This document shows, piece by piece, positions 1-9,185 of a DNA stretch of 40,603 nucleotides. Made by a program: the position numbers and the translations under genes. This DNA comes from an uncultured bacterium. Lineage in GTDB: Bacteria > SAR324 > NAC60-12. Every line of letters starts with the position of its first letter. Positions within the stretch are counted from its first letter, which is position 1. The stretch is taken from the NCBI GenBank assembly GCA_965662235.1, contig CBFIGY010000026.1, positions 1-40,603 on the forward strand, given 5' to 3'. The notes below the pieces were generated by a model. The model did not search any database. It saw only the letters and a program-made list of their open reading frames with translations, and was not told the origin of the DNA.

Positions 1-626
1 GGCAGGCGTCGCGACACGATCAGGGCAGCACGTCGGAGCGTATGAGCTGAGCAGTCCAGTCGCGCCCCTGCCCAGAAGTCAGACAGTCCGCTTCCTGAAG
101 CGCCTCCCACCTGCCCCCCAATGGATTCCAGGAAGGCCTGCAGGACCTGAAACTCCGAGGAGTTGGCGTCCAGAATGGTTCCTCCGCCATGACTCACCCC
201 CTGGGCCTTTTCCAGCATCCTCTTGGCCCGGGTGGGGTCTGCATCAATGTAATTTTCCAAAAGCGCATAGTTGTTCGCCTGGTAATTTTCGGTGCCAGCA
301 CGATCGTACACCAGCGGTGTGGCCTGGGCCGCACTTCCGGCCGCATGGCACGCAATGCACTTGTTCTGAATCACCCTAGGGGAGACTTCCTCCGTGAAGT
401 AGGCGTATGAATCATCCACGGCCAGAGTGGTCCGGACGGGTGCAGAGGAGGTGGAGGACGTGCGGGCTTCCAGCGAGTGGCAAACCTGAGCCGAGGGAAA
501 GGAGCTGTCGTAGCCCCCTGTGGAGACGGTCTCTTCACGTCCGTCACTGGAGGAACTCGAGCTGCAGGCGGCTCCCAGAAGAGCTGCCACTAGGGGCAAA
601 AGGACCGCGCATCTGAGAGCTTTCAT
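1..626 (-). CDS. Partial lipoprotein with one c-type haem motif (runs off window start); resembles DUF1588/DUF1592-type cytochrome proteins
   Basis: Manual translation from ATG at 626: MKALRCAVLLPLVAALLGAAC (lipobox, Cys21), Ser-rich linker, CIACH at 345-359, ...SHGGG...TLRRAALIVSRRL. No stop before base 1. Absent from ORF track because truncated. Confidence 0.8.
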   Translation of the reverse strand, partial: MKALRCAVLLPLVAALLGAACSSSSSSDGREETVSTGGYDSSFPSAQVCHSLEARTSSTSSAPVRTTLAVDDSYAYFTEEVSPRVIQNKCIACHAAGSAAQATPLVYDRAGTENYQANNYALLENYIDADPTRAKRMLEKAQGVSHGGGTILDANSSEFQVLQAFLESIGGQVGGASGSGLSDFWAGARLDCSAHTLRRAALIVSRRL

Positions 627-840
627 GCTGTTCACTGAAAAGAGGCAGGAATGATTTCAGTTACGAAACTTCACTGTAACGAAAATTGTTCTGTGACGCA
701 AACCGCGGACTCCGGCCCTGCTAGGTGGACTGAATGCCCCCAGCCGTGGCGTCCACTGGTCTTTTCGAGGGGATCTTTTTATGCTTGGGGGCTCTGGACC
801 TTTTGTCCGGATCTGCTGACCGCCCTGTCTTTCGCTTGCC

Positions 841-1671
841 ATGGACACCCCAGAAGCCTCTCCTCAGCCAGAAGCCGGGATCTTTCCCAACCGAGACAAT
901 CCGCTGGAGGTCCGCCTTCCTGTGTTTGAAGGCCCCCTCGATCTGCTGCTGCACCTGATCCGGAAGCGGGAGGTGTCCATCGCCGAGGTGCGCTTGGCGG
1001 AACTGACCTCCTCCTACCTCACCTACCTCCGCTGGATGGAAGCCGTGGACCTGGATGTGGCCGGAGAGTTTCTCGAAATTGCCGCCACCCTGATCCTGAT
1101 CAAGTCCCGGGCGTTGCTTCCGAAACCACCGGTGGAAGAAGAAGAGGAGGAAGGCGAGGATCCGGAAGAGCTCCTGAAGCGCCGGCTGGAGGAGTACCAG
1201 CTTTACAAGCGCGCAGCATTTGAACTGGGTTCACTGGATCTGTTGGGACGGGACGTCTTTGGGCGGCCGGAACTTGAAGACCTGCTGGCCGACGAAGAGG
1301 AACCCGAGCCCGAGTTTGAGGAGGTTTCTGCCATTGCGCTGGTGGAGGCCCTGCAGCGTGTTCTGGACCGCAGGCCCAAGGTGCAGGCCCACGTGGTGGA
1401 GCCCGAACAGCTCCGGATTGAAGACCGGATTGCAGCCCTCATTGAAGTCTTCCGCCAGCGGGAACGCTGCCTCTTTGAGGAACTCTTTCAGGAGCAGGGT
1501 TCTCGACGGTGGATCTTACTGACCTTCATGGCCATTCTGGAAATGGCCAAGCTCCGGATCATCCGGTTGGTGCAGGTGGAGGCGTTTGGGGGGATTCACT
1601 GTGTGGCCCACGCGGAACGGCACGAAAACAGCCGGGCGTGGGCCGAGGGGGGAGCGGTTACGCCACCTTGA
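841..1671 (+). CDS. scpA: Segregation and condensation protein A (kleisin)
   Basis: [13 protein letters not shown]-terminal motif, [22 protein letters not shown]-terminal [10 protein letters not shown] winged helix. Confidence 0.93.
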   Translation: MDTPEASPQPEAGIFPNRDNPLEVRLPVFEGPLDLLLHLIRKREVSIAEVRLAELTSSYLTYLRWMEAVDLDVAGEFLEIAATLILIKSRALLPKPPVEEEEEEGEDPEELLKRRLEEYQLYKRAAFELGSLDLLGRDVFGRPELEDLLADEEEPEPEFEEVSAIALVEALQRVLDRRPKVQAHVVEPEQLRIEDRIAALIEVFRQRERCLFEELFQEQGSRRWILLTFMAILEMAKLRIIRLVQVEAFGGIHCVAHAERHENSRAWAEGGAVTPP

Positions 1672-2944
1672 ACTGAGCCGTCTCGGTGGAGTCCTTCATT
1701 GCCGAAGTGGAGGATTCGCCACCGGCAATGGTGTTCTGCACGGCGTCAAAGTATCCCACCCCAACGAAGCTCTGGTGCTTCACGGCTCGGAAGCCATGCT
1801 CCTGAAGGGCAAATTCACGCTGCTGCAGGTCACTGAAGGCGCCCATGCCGCGCTCCTTGTAGCCGGAAGCCAGCTCGAAGATTGCGGTGTTGAGGGCATG
1901 GAAGCCGGCGAGCGTGATGAACTGGAACTTGTAGCCCATCTCACCAAGCTGCTCCTGGAAGGTCTCAATCGTGTTCTGATCCAAGAACTTCCTCCAGTTG
2001 AAGGACGGTGAGCAGTTGTAAGCCAGCATTTTGTTCGGGAACTTCTCCCGGATGGCCTGTGCAAACTCACGGGCCTCTCCCAGGTCCGGAGTCGACGTCT
2101 CACACCAGAGCAGGTCCGCATACGGCGCATAGGCCAGGCCGCGGGCAATGGCGCTCTCCAAGCCTCCCTTCACCCGGTAGAAGCCCTCAGCGGTGCGCTC
2201 CGAAGAAGTGATGAAGGCCTGGTCCCGGGGGTCCACGTCACTGGTCAGCAGCTGTGCCGCCTGAGCGTCGGTCCGGGCAAGCAGGACGCTCGGAACATTG
2301 AGCACATCCGCGGCCAAACGCGCTGCGTTGAGCTTGCGGACAAATTCGGAAGTCGGCACCAGTACCTTTCCTCCCAAGTGACCACACTTCTTCTCAGAAG
2401 CCAACTGGTCCTCAAAGTGGATGCCTGAGGCACCGGACTCAATCATCGCCTTCATCAACTCATAAGCGTTGAGAACCCCACCGAAACCGGCTTCGGCGTC
2501 CGCCACGATCGGAGCATGCCAGTACGTGTCGTCTCGCCCTTCCAGGCTGGCGATCTGATCTGCTCGCGTCAGTGCATTGTTGATGCGACGCACCACCGTC
2601 GGCACGCTGTCCACAGGGTAAAGGCTCTGGTCCGGATACATCTGACCCGCCGAGTTCGCGTCTCCAGCCACCTGCCAGCCGCTTAGGTAGATCGCCTGCA
2701 GCCCAGCCTGAACGTGCTGGACGGCCATGTTCCCCGTCAGGGCTCCGAGGGTGTTGACGTAAGGCTCCTCATTCAGCAGCTTCCACAGTCGTTGAGAACC
2801 GACCTTCGCCAGGGTGTGCTCCACCATCAGGCTTCCGCGAAGCTTCACCACATCTTCGGCACTGTAGGGACGCTCAATGCCGGCCCAGCGGGGATCATTG
2901 GCCCAAGCCTGCTTCAACTCATCCACTTGCTGATTCTTATTCAT
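1658..2944 (-). CDS. aceA: Isocitrate lyase
   Basis: KKCGH catalytic motif, [27 protein letters not shown]. Start placed at MNKNQQ (2944) behind AGGAGAGAGAG rather than at 3010. Confidence 0.97.
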   Translation of the reverse strand: MNKNQQVDELKQAWANDPRWAGIERPYSAEDVVKLRGSLMVEHTLAKVGSQRLWKLLNEEPYVNTLGALTGNMAVQHVQAGLQAIYLSGWQVAGDANSAGQMYPDQSLYPVDSVPTVVRRINNALTRADQIASLEGRDDTYWHAPIVADAEAGFGGVLNAYELMKAMIESGASGIHFEDQLASEKKCGHLGGKVLVPTSEFVRKLNAARLAADVLNVPSVLLARTDAQAAQLLTSDVDPRDQAFITSSERTAEGFYRVKGGLESAIARGLAYAPYADLLWCETSTPDLGEAREFAQAIREKFPNKMLAYNCSPSFNWRKFLDQNTIETFQEQLGEMGYKFQFITLAGFHALNTAIFELASGYKERGMGAFSDLQQREFALQEHGFRAVKHQSFVGVGYFDAVQNTIAGGESSTSAMKDSTETAQFKVA

Positions 2945-3094
2945 CTCTCTCTCCTGAAGGTACGCTCGTCGTGACCGACGATGGCTCTGATGACGGGTTA
3001 AGTCGTTCATGTAGAGAGAGAGGACGAGAGAATCTCGCCTCCGGGTAAAGACTCCTCTGCCCCTCTCCCTACGTTCGGGGACAAGTCTATTCGG

Positions 3095-3186
3095 GCGAAA
3101 ATTAATTGTAAAGCGAAAATTCGCTGATTGTGAAATTTTTGTTAATTATGTTATTTCGCAGACGGCGAAACAATGTCCGGAGCGAA
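3095..3186. promoter_or_regulatory. Array of GCGAAA/TTTCGC half-sites, putative operators of the adjacent regulator
   Basis: GCGAAAATT at 3095 and 3113, GCGAAAATTCGC palindrome 3113-3124, GTGAAATT 3130, TTTCGC-N5-GCGAAA 3154-3170, GCGAA 3182. Confidence 0.55.
3105..3134 (-). promoter_or_regulatory. Putative sigma70 promoter of aceA
   Basis: Minus strand TTCACA (3134-3129) - 18 nt - TACAAT (3110-3105) in an AT-rich intergenic stretch. Confidence 0.55.
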
Positions 3187-3254
3187 TGGAAACCCTTTGA
3201 TTTTCCCTCCGGGTTCCTCTAGGGTGGAGCGTTATGATAAGGGGGAACACACCT

Positions 3255-4781
3255 ATGTGGTCGAATACGAATCTCAAGTACATTTTTGGACTCAAACTCC
3301 GTCACTTTCGTCAAGAGCAGGATTTATCGCTGAAGGAGCTGGCCGAGCGAACGGGCCTCTCCGTGTCGTACATCAACGAAATTGAGAAGGGGAAGAAGTA
3401 CCCGAAGGCGGAGCGCATCATGCAGCTCGCAGAGGGGCTCAAGGTGCCTTACGACGAGTTGGTGTCGTTGGACCTGAGCCACGGGCTCACGCACATGAAC
3501 GACCTGTTCAGTTCGTCCATCCTCAGCACCTTTCCCTACCAGCTCTTCGGGATCACCCTAGAGAATGTCCTGGACCTGCTGACGTCCTCTCCGAAAAAAG
3601 CGACCGCTCTGGTCAGCACCCTCCACGAAATTGTCCGCAGCTACGACATGGACGAGGAGCGTTTTTTCCTCGCCTCGCTCCGGGCGTACCAGGAGATGCA
3701 CAACAACTACTTCGAGGAGCTGGAGGCCGAGGTGGAGCGGTTCCTTCAGGAGGCGCACCTGACGCCCTTTCCGGCGCCTGGACTGGAGACGGTGCAGCGG
3801 CTGCTGGAGGAACGCTTTGGGCTTGAGGTCACCCTCACCGACTTCTCCACTCATCCGGAACTGACGGAGCAGCGTTACGTTTACCTCCCGGGGCGGAAGC
3901 CGCAGATGCTGCTCAACGAGAGCCTCAGCCCCAGCCAGCACCGCTTTGCCCTTGCGGTCCAGCTGGGCTACTTTGTCCTCAAGCTCCCGGATCAGCCCCG
4001 TACTTCCTCGTGGCTACGGGTCGCCTCGTTTGATGAGGTGCTCAACCACTTCAAGGCGTCCTACTTTGCTGGAGCCCTGCTGATCAACCGCTACCACTTG
4101 GAATCGGACCTGTCCTCTTTCTCGCAGCGACTGCACTGGGACGGAGCCGCGCTGCTGCGGATGATCAACCGTTACGATGCCTCTCCAGAAACCTTCCTGC
4201 ACCGCCTCAGTCAGATCCTTCCGGGGCTCTTTGACCTCAAGGAGCTGCACTTCCTCCGTTTTGAACATGAGGTGGGGCAGGATCACTTCCGGCTCTCCAA
4301 GGAGCTCAACATGCCCCGGACGCTGGTGCCTGCTGGGGCCGCGTTCAATGAGCACCACTGCCGACGCTGGCTGCCCATCACCATGCTCCGGGAGCTTCAG
4401 CGCCAGCAGGCCACCGGCGCCAACGTCCAAGCGCCAATGATCGGTGCCCAGCGGGCCCGCTTCGTTGAGAGCGGCAAAGAGGTCTTCTTCATCTCCATCG
4501 CCCGGCCCCTGAGGCTGATGAGCCAGGTCAACCGCAGCATGACGCTGGGCATCAGCATGGACGAACGGTTCCGGGAAAAGGTGCAGTTTTGGAACGACCC
4601 CAACATCCCGCAAGTGGAGGTCAACGAGACCTGTGAACGCTGCCCTCTGACGGAAGAGCAGTGCTCCGTCCGTTCGGCGCCGCCTCTGGTGTACCGTCGC
4701 GAGCAACGCAACCGCCAGCGTCAGGAGGCCTTCCGGCGGATGCAGGAAGCCGGACGTCAGGGGCGTCTCAAGCTGAAGTAG
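3255..4781 (+). CDS. XRE-family RamB/ScfR-type short-chain acyl-CoA regulator
   Basis: N-terminal HTH (LSLKELAERTGLSVSYINEIEKGKKYP), YQEMHNNYFEELE, C-terminal Cys cluster (HCRRW...CERC-x6-C). Divergent from aceA. Start at MWSN (3255) after GGGGGA. Confidence 0.85.
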   Translation: MWSNTNLKYIFGLKLRHFRQEQDLSLKELAERTGLSVSYINEIEKGKKYPKAERIMQLAEGLKVPYDELVSLDLSHGLTHMNDLFSSSILSTFPYQLFGITLENVLDLLTSSPKKATALVSTLHEIVRSYDMDEERFFLASLRAYQEMHNNYFEELEAEVERFLQEAHLTPFPAPGLETVQRLLEERFGLEVTLTDFSTHPELTEQRYVYLPGRKPQMLLNESLSPSQHRFALAVQLGYFVLKLPDQPRTSSWLRVASFDEVLNHFKASYFAGALLINRYHLESDLSSFSQRLHWDGAALLRMINRYDASPETFLHRLSQILPGLFDLKELHFLRFEHEVGQDHFRLSKELNMPRTLVPAGAAFNEHHCRRWLPITMLRELQRQQATGANVQAPMIGAQRARFVESGKEVFFISIARPLRLMSQVNRSMTLGISMDERFREKVQFWNDPNIPQVEVNETCERCPLTEEQCSVRSAPPLVYRREQRNRQRQEAFRRMQEAGRQGRLKLK

Positions 4782-4804
4782 GGTTCTCTGCTCCTGTTCA
4801 TTTC

Positions 4805-4837
4805 TTGACTGCATCGCCTCTGAGAGTATGGTATAGT
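4805..4837 (+). promoter_or_regulatory. Putative sigma70 promoter (extended -10)
   Basis: TTGACT 4805-4810 and TG-G-TATAGT 4829-4837 upstream of the ORF at 4880. Confidence 0.5.
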
Positions 4838-4879
4838 TTCCATTTTAATAACGTTTTGTGCCCCCAGAGGCGAGACTCT

Positions 4880-5524
4880 ATGCTGCAGTTCATCAAGGCC
4901 GATCAAATGGCCGAGCTTCATGAAGGCTACCACGCCAAGAGCGTTGGCCTGACGGTAGTAGGGCCTGATGGCTCACGGGACTTGGAGGTGGATTTTTCCG
5001 GATACCTTCAGGATTTCAGTGAGTTTGGGACCGGCCTTTACACCGATCAGGAGTTTAAGGTGGGGAGCGAGTTGGAGTTGGCTCTCCATACTCCTATGAC
5101 CGAAGACGTCTGGGGCAACACCCGCCTTCGCGTCATGTGGTCCCGCCTGCAGGACCCTGACAACATCACCGGCATCTGCATCCGGCAGATGATCTTCAAC
5201 CTCTACGATGAGCAGCAAAAGCAGATTGAACCGGAAATCCTCCGGCTGCTCCACAATCCCAGCCGCGACAGCACCGCCGGTCTGATTCAGCGCTTCTCGA
5301 TTTTTTCCAAGGACAACCTCCAGCGTCTGGACATCCTCAAGCAGCAGTATCAGGCCACTCATCCCCGTACCCAGTTCCGCTACGGGGCCAAGGTGCTGGA
5401 GAGTGGCATTGACACCTGGCAGCGCCTGGTCAACCAGCTCAACGCTAACTTTGCGCCTGGTCAGATGAATGAGGAAGAATCTCAGGTCATGAAGCAGTTC
5501 AACCGACGACAGGCCCGCCGCTAG
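4880..5524 (+). CDS. Hypothetical protein with PilZ-like beta-barrel and helical insertion
   Basis: Start MLQFIK after GAGG. LQDFSEFGTG (DxSxxG), FKVGSELELAL, RVMWSR and terminal YGAKVL are PilZ-like. No clear RxxxR. Confidence 0.6.
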   Translation: MLQFIKADQMAELHEGYHAKSVGLTVVGPDGSRDLEVDFSGYLQDFSEFGTGLYTDQEFKVGSELELALHTPMTEDVWGNTRLRVMWSRLQDPDNITGICIRQMIFNLYDEQQKQIEPEILRLLHNPSRDSTAGLIQRFSIFSKDNLQRLDILKQQYQATHPRTQFRYGAKVLESGIDTWQRLVNQLNANFAPGQMNEEESQVMKQFNRRQARR

Positions 5525-6349
5525 ATGGATGCTCCCGCTCGACTCGTCCGGCAACGGGCCGCAGAAGCGGTCGCTCAAGAAGCCGGGCGCCTTGCCCTGC
5601 GCTTCTTCCGGAACCGCAACACCCTCTCCATTGAAACCAAACTGAATGCCCTGGACCTCGTCAGTCAAGCCGACCGAGAGGTTGAGGACCTGATCCGGAC
5701 CCGCCTCCTGGGGGCCTTTCCGGAAGACGGATTCTTGGGCGAAGAGAGTGGCACACACGAAGGAGAAGGCACATGGGTGGTGGATCCCATCGATGGCACC
5801 TTCCCGTTCCTGAAAGGCACCCCGCTCTGGTGCGTTTCCATCGCCTACCACCACCAGGGGCAGGCTCAGGTGGGAGTGATCTATGATCCCAACACCGACG
5901 AGCTTTTCAGTGCAGCCCGGGAACAGGGCGCGTGGCTGAACGGTCAGGTCCTGCAGCTGGAGCCTGTTGAAGGCATCCGTGGCGGGACAGTCGCCGTTGG
6001 ACACAGTCCCAAGGTGCCCCTAGAGCCGAGCGTCCGTGCAGTCGAGTGGATCCTTCAAAACGGAGGCCTCTACCAGCGAAACGGTTCCGGAGCCCTGATG
6101 GCCGCCTACGTTGCTGCCGGACGGCATGTGGGCTTCTACGAGACTCATATCAATTCCTGGGACTGCCTGGCGGCCCTCATGCTGATTGAAGAGGCCGGAG
6201 GCTGGGTCAACGATTTCCTCTGCAACGATGGGCTTCACCAGGGCAACTACCTCCTTACCGGAGCTCCCGGCACCGAAGCCGACCTGCAGGCGCTGTTTGA
6301 GTACGCAGCCCCGCACAACTGGCTTCGGGATCGCGGCCACCTGCAGTAA
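5525..6349 (+). CDS. Inositol monophosphatase family protein
   Basis: GEE, WVVDPIDGT and WDCLAA signatures. Confidence 0.92.
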   Translation: MDAPARLVRQRAAEAVAQEAGRLALRFFRNRNTLSIETKLNALDLVSQADREVEDLIRTRLLGAFPEDGFLGEESGTHEGEGTWVVDPIDGTFPFLKGTPLWCVSIAYHHQGQAQVGVIYDPNTDELFSAAREQGAWLNGQVLQLEPVEGIRGGTVAVGHSPKVPLEPSVRAVEWILQNGGLYQRNGSGALMAAYVAAGRHVGFYETHINSWDCLAALMLIEEAGGWVNDFLCNDGLHQGNYLLTGAPGTEADLQALFEYAAPHNWLRDRGHLQ

Positions 6350-6375
6350 CCCCGTTTTTCTTCCACCTGACGCCT

Positions 6376-8433
6376 GTGATCCGCAACGTCCGGCCCTGTC
6401 CGCGCGCGCCAATCGGAGCCTCCTGGCAGGCAGAACGGGGGCAGTTTGCGCTCCCGGCCCCTCATGCAGTTCGCGTCACGTACGCCTTTTACCCCCTTCC
6501 CGTTCAGCCGGGCGACTCCGTGGCGCCCCTTGCAACCGTTCAGCTCGACCCGCAACAGCACCAGTTCGGAGGCGTGTGGGCGTGGGAAGCCGAGCTGGAC
6601 CCGGCTCTTCCGCAGGAACTGGCCTACGTCATCTGGCTTTCCAACGCAGATGGCACCTCCGGCTGGATCACGGATCCCTATGCACGAGCTAGCACCGGCG
6701 GAGAGGTCTGGGGCCAGCCCCTAGGGTTTCGCTTTGCACCCAATGGACACCTGCTGGTGGAAGCCCGCACTCCGGGAGCCTTTTCTGGACTCCGGAGGCT
6801 TGCCGTGCTCCCTCCCCCACGTTCCCCAGCGCCTCGTCCCGCCCGGCCCCACCTTCCAGAGGAAGCCTGTGTGCTCTACGAGTGCCACGTCCGGGGCATG
6901 ACGCAGCACCCATCGTCTCCTGCCGCTCCGGAACACCGGGGCACCTTTCGGGGTCTGACCGCTTGCATTCCGCACCTCAAGTCCCTTGGTGTGAATGTGG
7001 TGGAGCTGCTGCCGCTGTTTGACTTTGATGAGCGCGAGGTGGACCGGGTTCATCCGGAAACCGGTGAGTCCCTTTTCAATTACTGGGGGTACTCGACGCT
7101 GCTGTTCTTTGCTCCCAAAGCCGCCTATGCCGCCGAGCCCCACCGTGCTGTTGAGGAATTCAAGGAGATGGTGGACGCCTTCCATGAGGCAGGAATGGAA
7201 GTCTGGCTGGACGTGGTCTACAACCACACCGCAGAGATGGGAGCCGATGGCCCCACCGATCACTTTCGGTTGCTCGGGGCCCCGGAGTGGTACCTGCTGG
7301 ACGCAGAAGGCCGCTGGCAGAATCATTCCGGGTGCGGGAACACCCTGCACTGTGCCCACCCCTCTGCCCGGACCCTCATCCGGGAGAGCCTCCGTTACTG
7401 GGTTCATGAGATGGGAGTGGATGGCTTCCGCTTTGACCTTGCCACCATCCTCAACCGGGACTCGGAAGGAGACCTCCGAGGGTTTCCTCGCATGATGTGG
7501 GAGCTGAAGGAAGACCCGTGGCTCAAGGGGGTGAAGCTGGTTTCAGAGCCGTGGGATGCCGGAGGCGGGTATCAGCTGGGACATGGCTCTTGGCACGCCA
7601 ACTGGCTGGAGTGGAATGACCGTTTCCGAGACTCCATCCGTCAGGCGGTCCGTGGAGAAGAGGGGCAGATGCAGCCACTGCAGCAGGCCCTGCTGGGCAG
7701 CCCTGCGATCTTTCAAGGACGGACCCGTGGGCGGCAGCTCAGCATCAACTTTGTCACCGCCCACGATGGCATGACGCTCGCGGACCTCACGGCTTACCAG
7801 AGCAAGCACAACCTCGCCAACGGTGAGGACAACCGCGACGGCACCCACAACGACTGGTCTGCTAACTGCGGCGTCGAAGGGCCTAGCTCGGATCCGGAGG
7901 TTCAGTCTCTGCGGCTCCGGCGCCAGTGCCTCTTTCACCTGCTGCTGCAGCTGGCGCACGGGCTGCCCATGCTGGTGGGAGGAGATGAGTTTGCCCGGAC
8001 GCAGCAAGGCAACAACAACGCCTACTGTCATGACTCGGAGCTGACCTGGGTCAACTGGGAATGGACTCCAGACCAGCGGACGCTGCTCCAGTTTGTCCAA
8101 ACCGCCATTGCCTTCCGGCAACAGCACTTTGAGCACCTCTTTGGGGATGATTCGGAATGGAGCTGGTGGACCGCCGGCAACGCCCCGTCCGAATTCCTTC
8201 CGCACGAAACCACCCTGGTCGCCGAAATCCGGCACCCGTCTGCGGCGCCCTTGAGGCTGCTGATCAACACCTACCACGCGCCGGTGGAGTTTTTCCTTCC
8301 TGAAGGAACCCGCTGGCAGGTGCACCTCGCGTCTTCCCCCTTCTTGCCAAAACTGCCTCTGGAATCAGAGGTCTCGCGTGCCGTGCAGGTCGATGCCTCT
8401 GCAGCGGTGGTGCTGCAGCAGCGTCTCGCCTAA
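6376..8433 (+). CDS. glgX: GlgX/isoamylase-like glycogen debranching enzyme (GH13)
   Basis: YECHVRG, NYWGY, DVVYNHT, GFRFDLA (nucleophile), SEPW (acid/base), AHDG, QQGNNNAYC. GTG start. Confidence 0.88.
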   Translation: MIRNVRPCPRAPIGASWQAERGQFALPAPHAVRVTYAFYPLPVQPGDSVAPLATVQLDPQQHQFGGVWAWEAELDPALPQELAYVIWLSNADGTSGWITDPYARASTGGEVWGQPLGFRFAPNGHLLVEARTPGAFSGLRRLAVLPPPRSPAPRPARPHLPEEACVLYECHVRGMTQHPSSPAAPEHRGTFRGLTACIPHLKSLGVNVVELLPLFDFDEREVDRVHPETGESLFNYWGYSTLLFFAPKAAYAAEPHRAVEEFKEMVDAFHEAGMEVWLDVVYNHTAEMGADGPTDHFRLLGAPEWYLLDAEGRWQNHSGCGNTLHCAHPSARTLIRESLRYWVHEMGVDGFRFDLATILNRDSEGDLRGFPRMMWELKEDPWLKGVKLVSEPWDAGGGYQLGHGSWHANWLEWNDRFRDSIRQAVRGEEGQMQPLQQALLGSPAIFQGRTRGRQLSINFVTAHDGMTLADLTAYQSKHNLANGEDNRDGTHNDWSANCGVEGPSSDPEVQSLRLRRQCLFHLLLQLAHGLPMLVGGDEFARTQQGNNNAYCHDSELTWVNWEWTPDQRTLLQFVQTAIAFRQQHFEHLFGDDSEWSWWTAGNAPSEFLPHETTLVAEIRHPSAAPLRLLINTYHAPVEFFLPEGTRWQVHLASSPFLPKLPLESEVSRAVQVDASAAVVLQQRLA

Positions 8434-8437
8434 CTCA

Positions 8438-8470
8438 GGACCCCTGCGGCTCAGCAGCAGCAGGCGGTCC
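8438..8470. terminator. GC-rich hairpin between convergent glgX and ppa
   Basis: GGACC-CCTGC ... GCAGG-C-GGTCC. No U tract, so terminator role is uncertain. Confidence 0.3.
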
Positions 8471-8480
8471 CGAAGTCGCG

Positions 8481-9089
8481 TCAGAACATGTCTTCGTAGT
8501 CGCGCATGGCGGCTTCAATGACCGTCTTGGCGTGCTCAAACCCGTAGGGGGTGCCAATGGAGATCTTGTTGGGCTGATCAGGAACCAGCTTGTAGGTGAG
8601 GAAGTAGTGGTTGAGCCGCTCAATGAGGGCCGGAGGCAGGTCTGCCAGGTCCTCCACCTGATCCCACAGCGGGTCATTCTGCAGCACCGCGACAATCTTG
8701 TCGTCGGCCTCGCCTCCGTCCAGCATCGGGAGTCCTCCCACCACACGGGCATTGAGGATGATCTCGGTTTTGGAAATGGGACGTTCGCTGATGACGCAGA
8801 TGTCCAACGGATCACCATCACCCTGTCCGGCACCTTCCATGAGCGCACCGACTCGGTCTCCACAGTAGGTCCGGGGAATGAACCCGTAGAGGGTGGGATG
8901 CTGCGAGGAAGAACGCTGCGGACGGTCCACCCGGAGGTAGCCCGTGGTCTTGTCCACCTCGTACTTCACGAGGTCGAAGGGACAGATTTCAATGAACGCA
9001 TGGACGAGGCGGGGGGGCTCCGGACCGATCTCGAGACCATGCCAAGGGTGCGGGCGCCATCGGTAAAATGGAGTCGGGAAGTTCTTCAT
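8481..9089 (-). CDS. ppa: Family I inorganic pyrophosphatase
   Basis: [33 protein letters not shown]. Start placed at MKNFP (9089). Confidence 0.93.
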   Translation of the reverse strand: MKNFPTPFYRWRPHPWHGLEIGPEPPRLVHAFIEICPFDLVKYEVDKTTGYLRVDRPQRSSSQHPTLYGFIPRTYCGDRVGALMEGAGQGDGDPLDICVISERPISKTEIILNARVVGGLPMLDGGEADDKIVAVLQNDPLWDQVEDLADLPPALIERLNHYFLTYKLVPDQPNKISIGTPYGFEHAKTVIEAAMRDYEDMF

Positions 9090-9185
9090 GCAGCTTCCGG
9101 GGGGATGAGGGTTGGGACAGGCCTGTGACCAGGCACAGGTGCGAAAAAACACGCAACCCTAGCAGGTTTCCCCCAGAAGTACGAG

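Noticed and set aside
2945..3010. 22-aa N-terminal extension of AceA in the ORF track
   Set aside because: No RBS before ATG 3010, strong RBS before 2944, and the region is better explained as structured leader.
4661..4879. Upstream extension of the PilZ-like ORF
   Set aside because: Overlaps the regulator's 3' end and a promoter-like AT-rich tract; ATG 4880 has an RBS.
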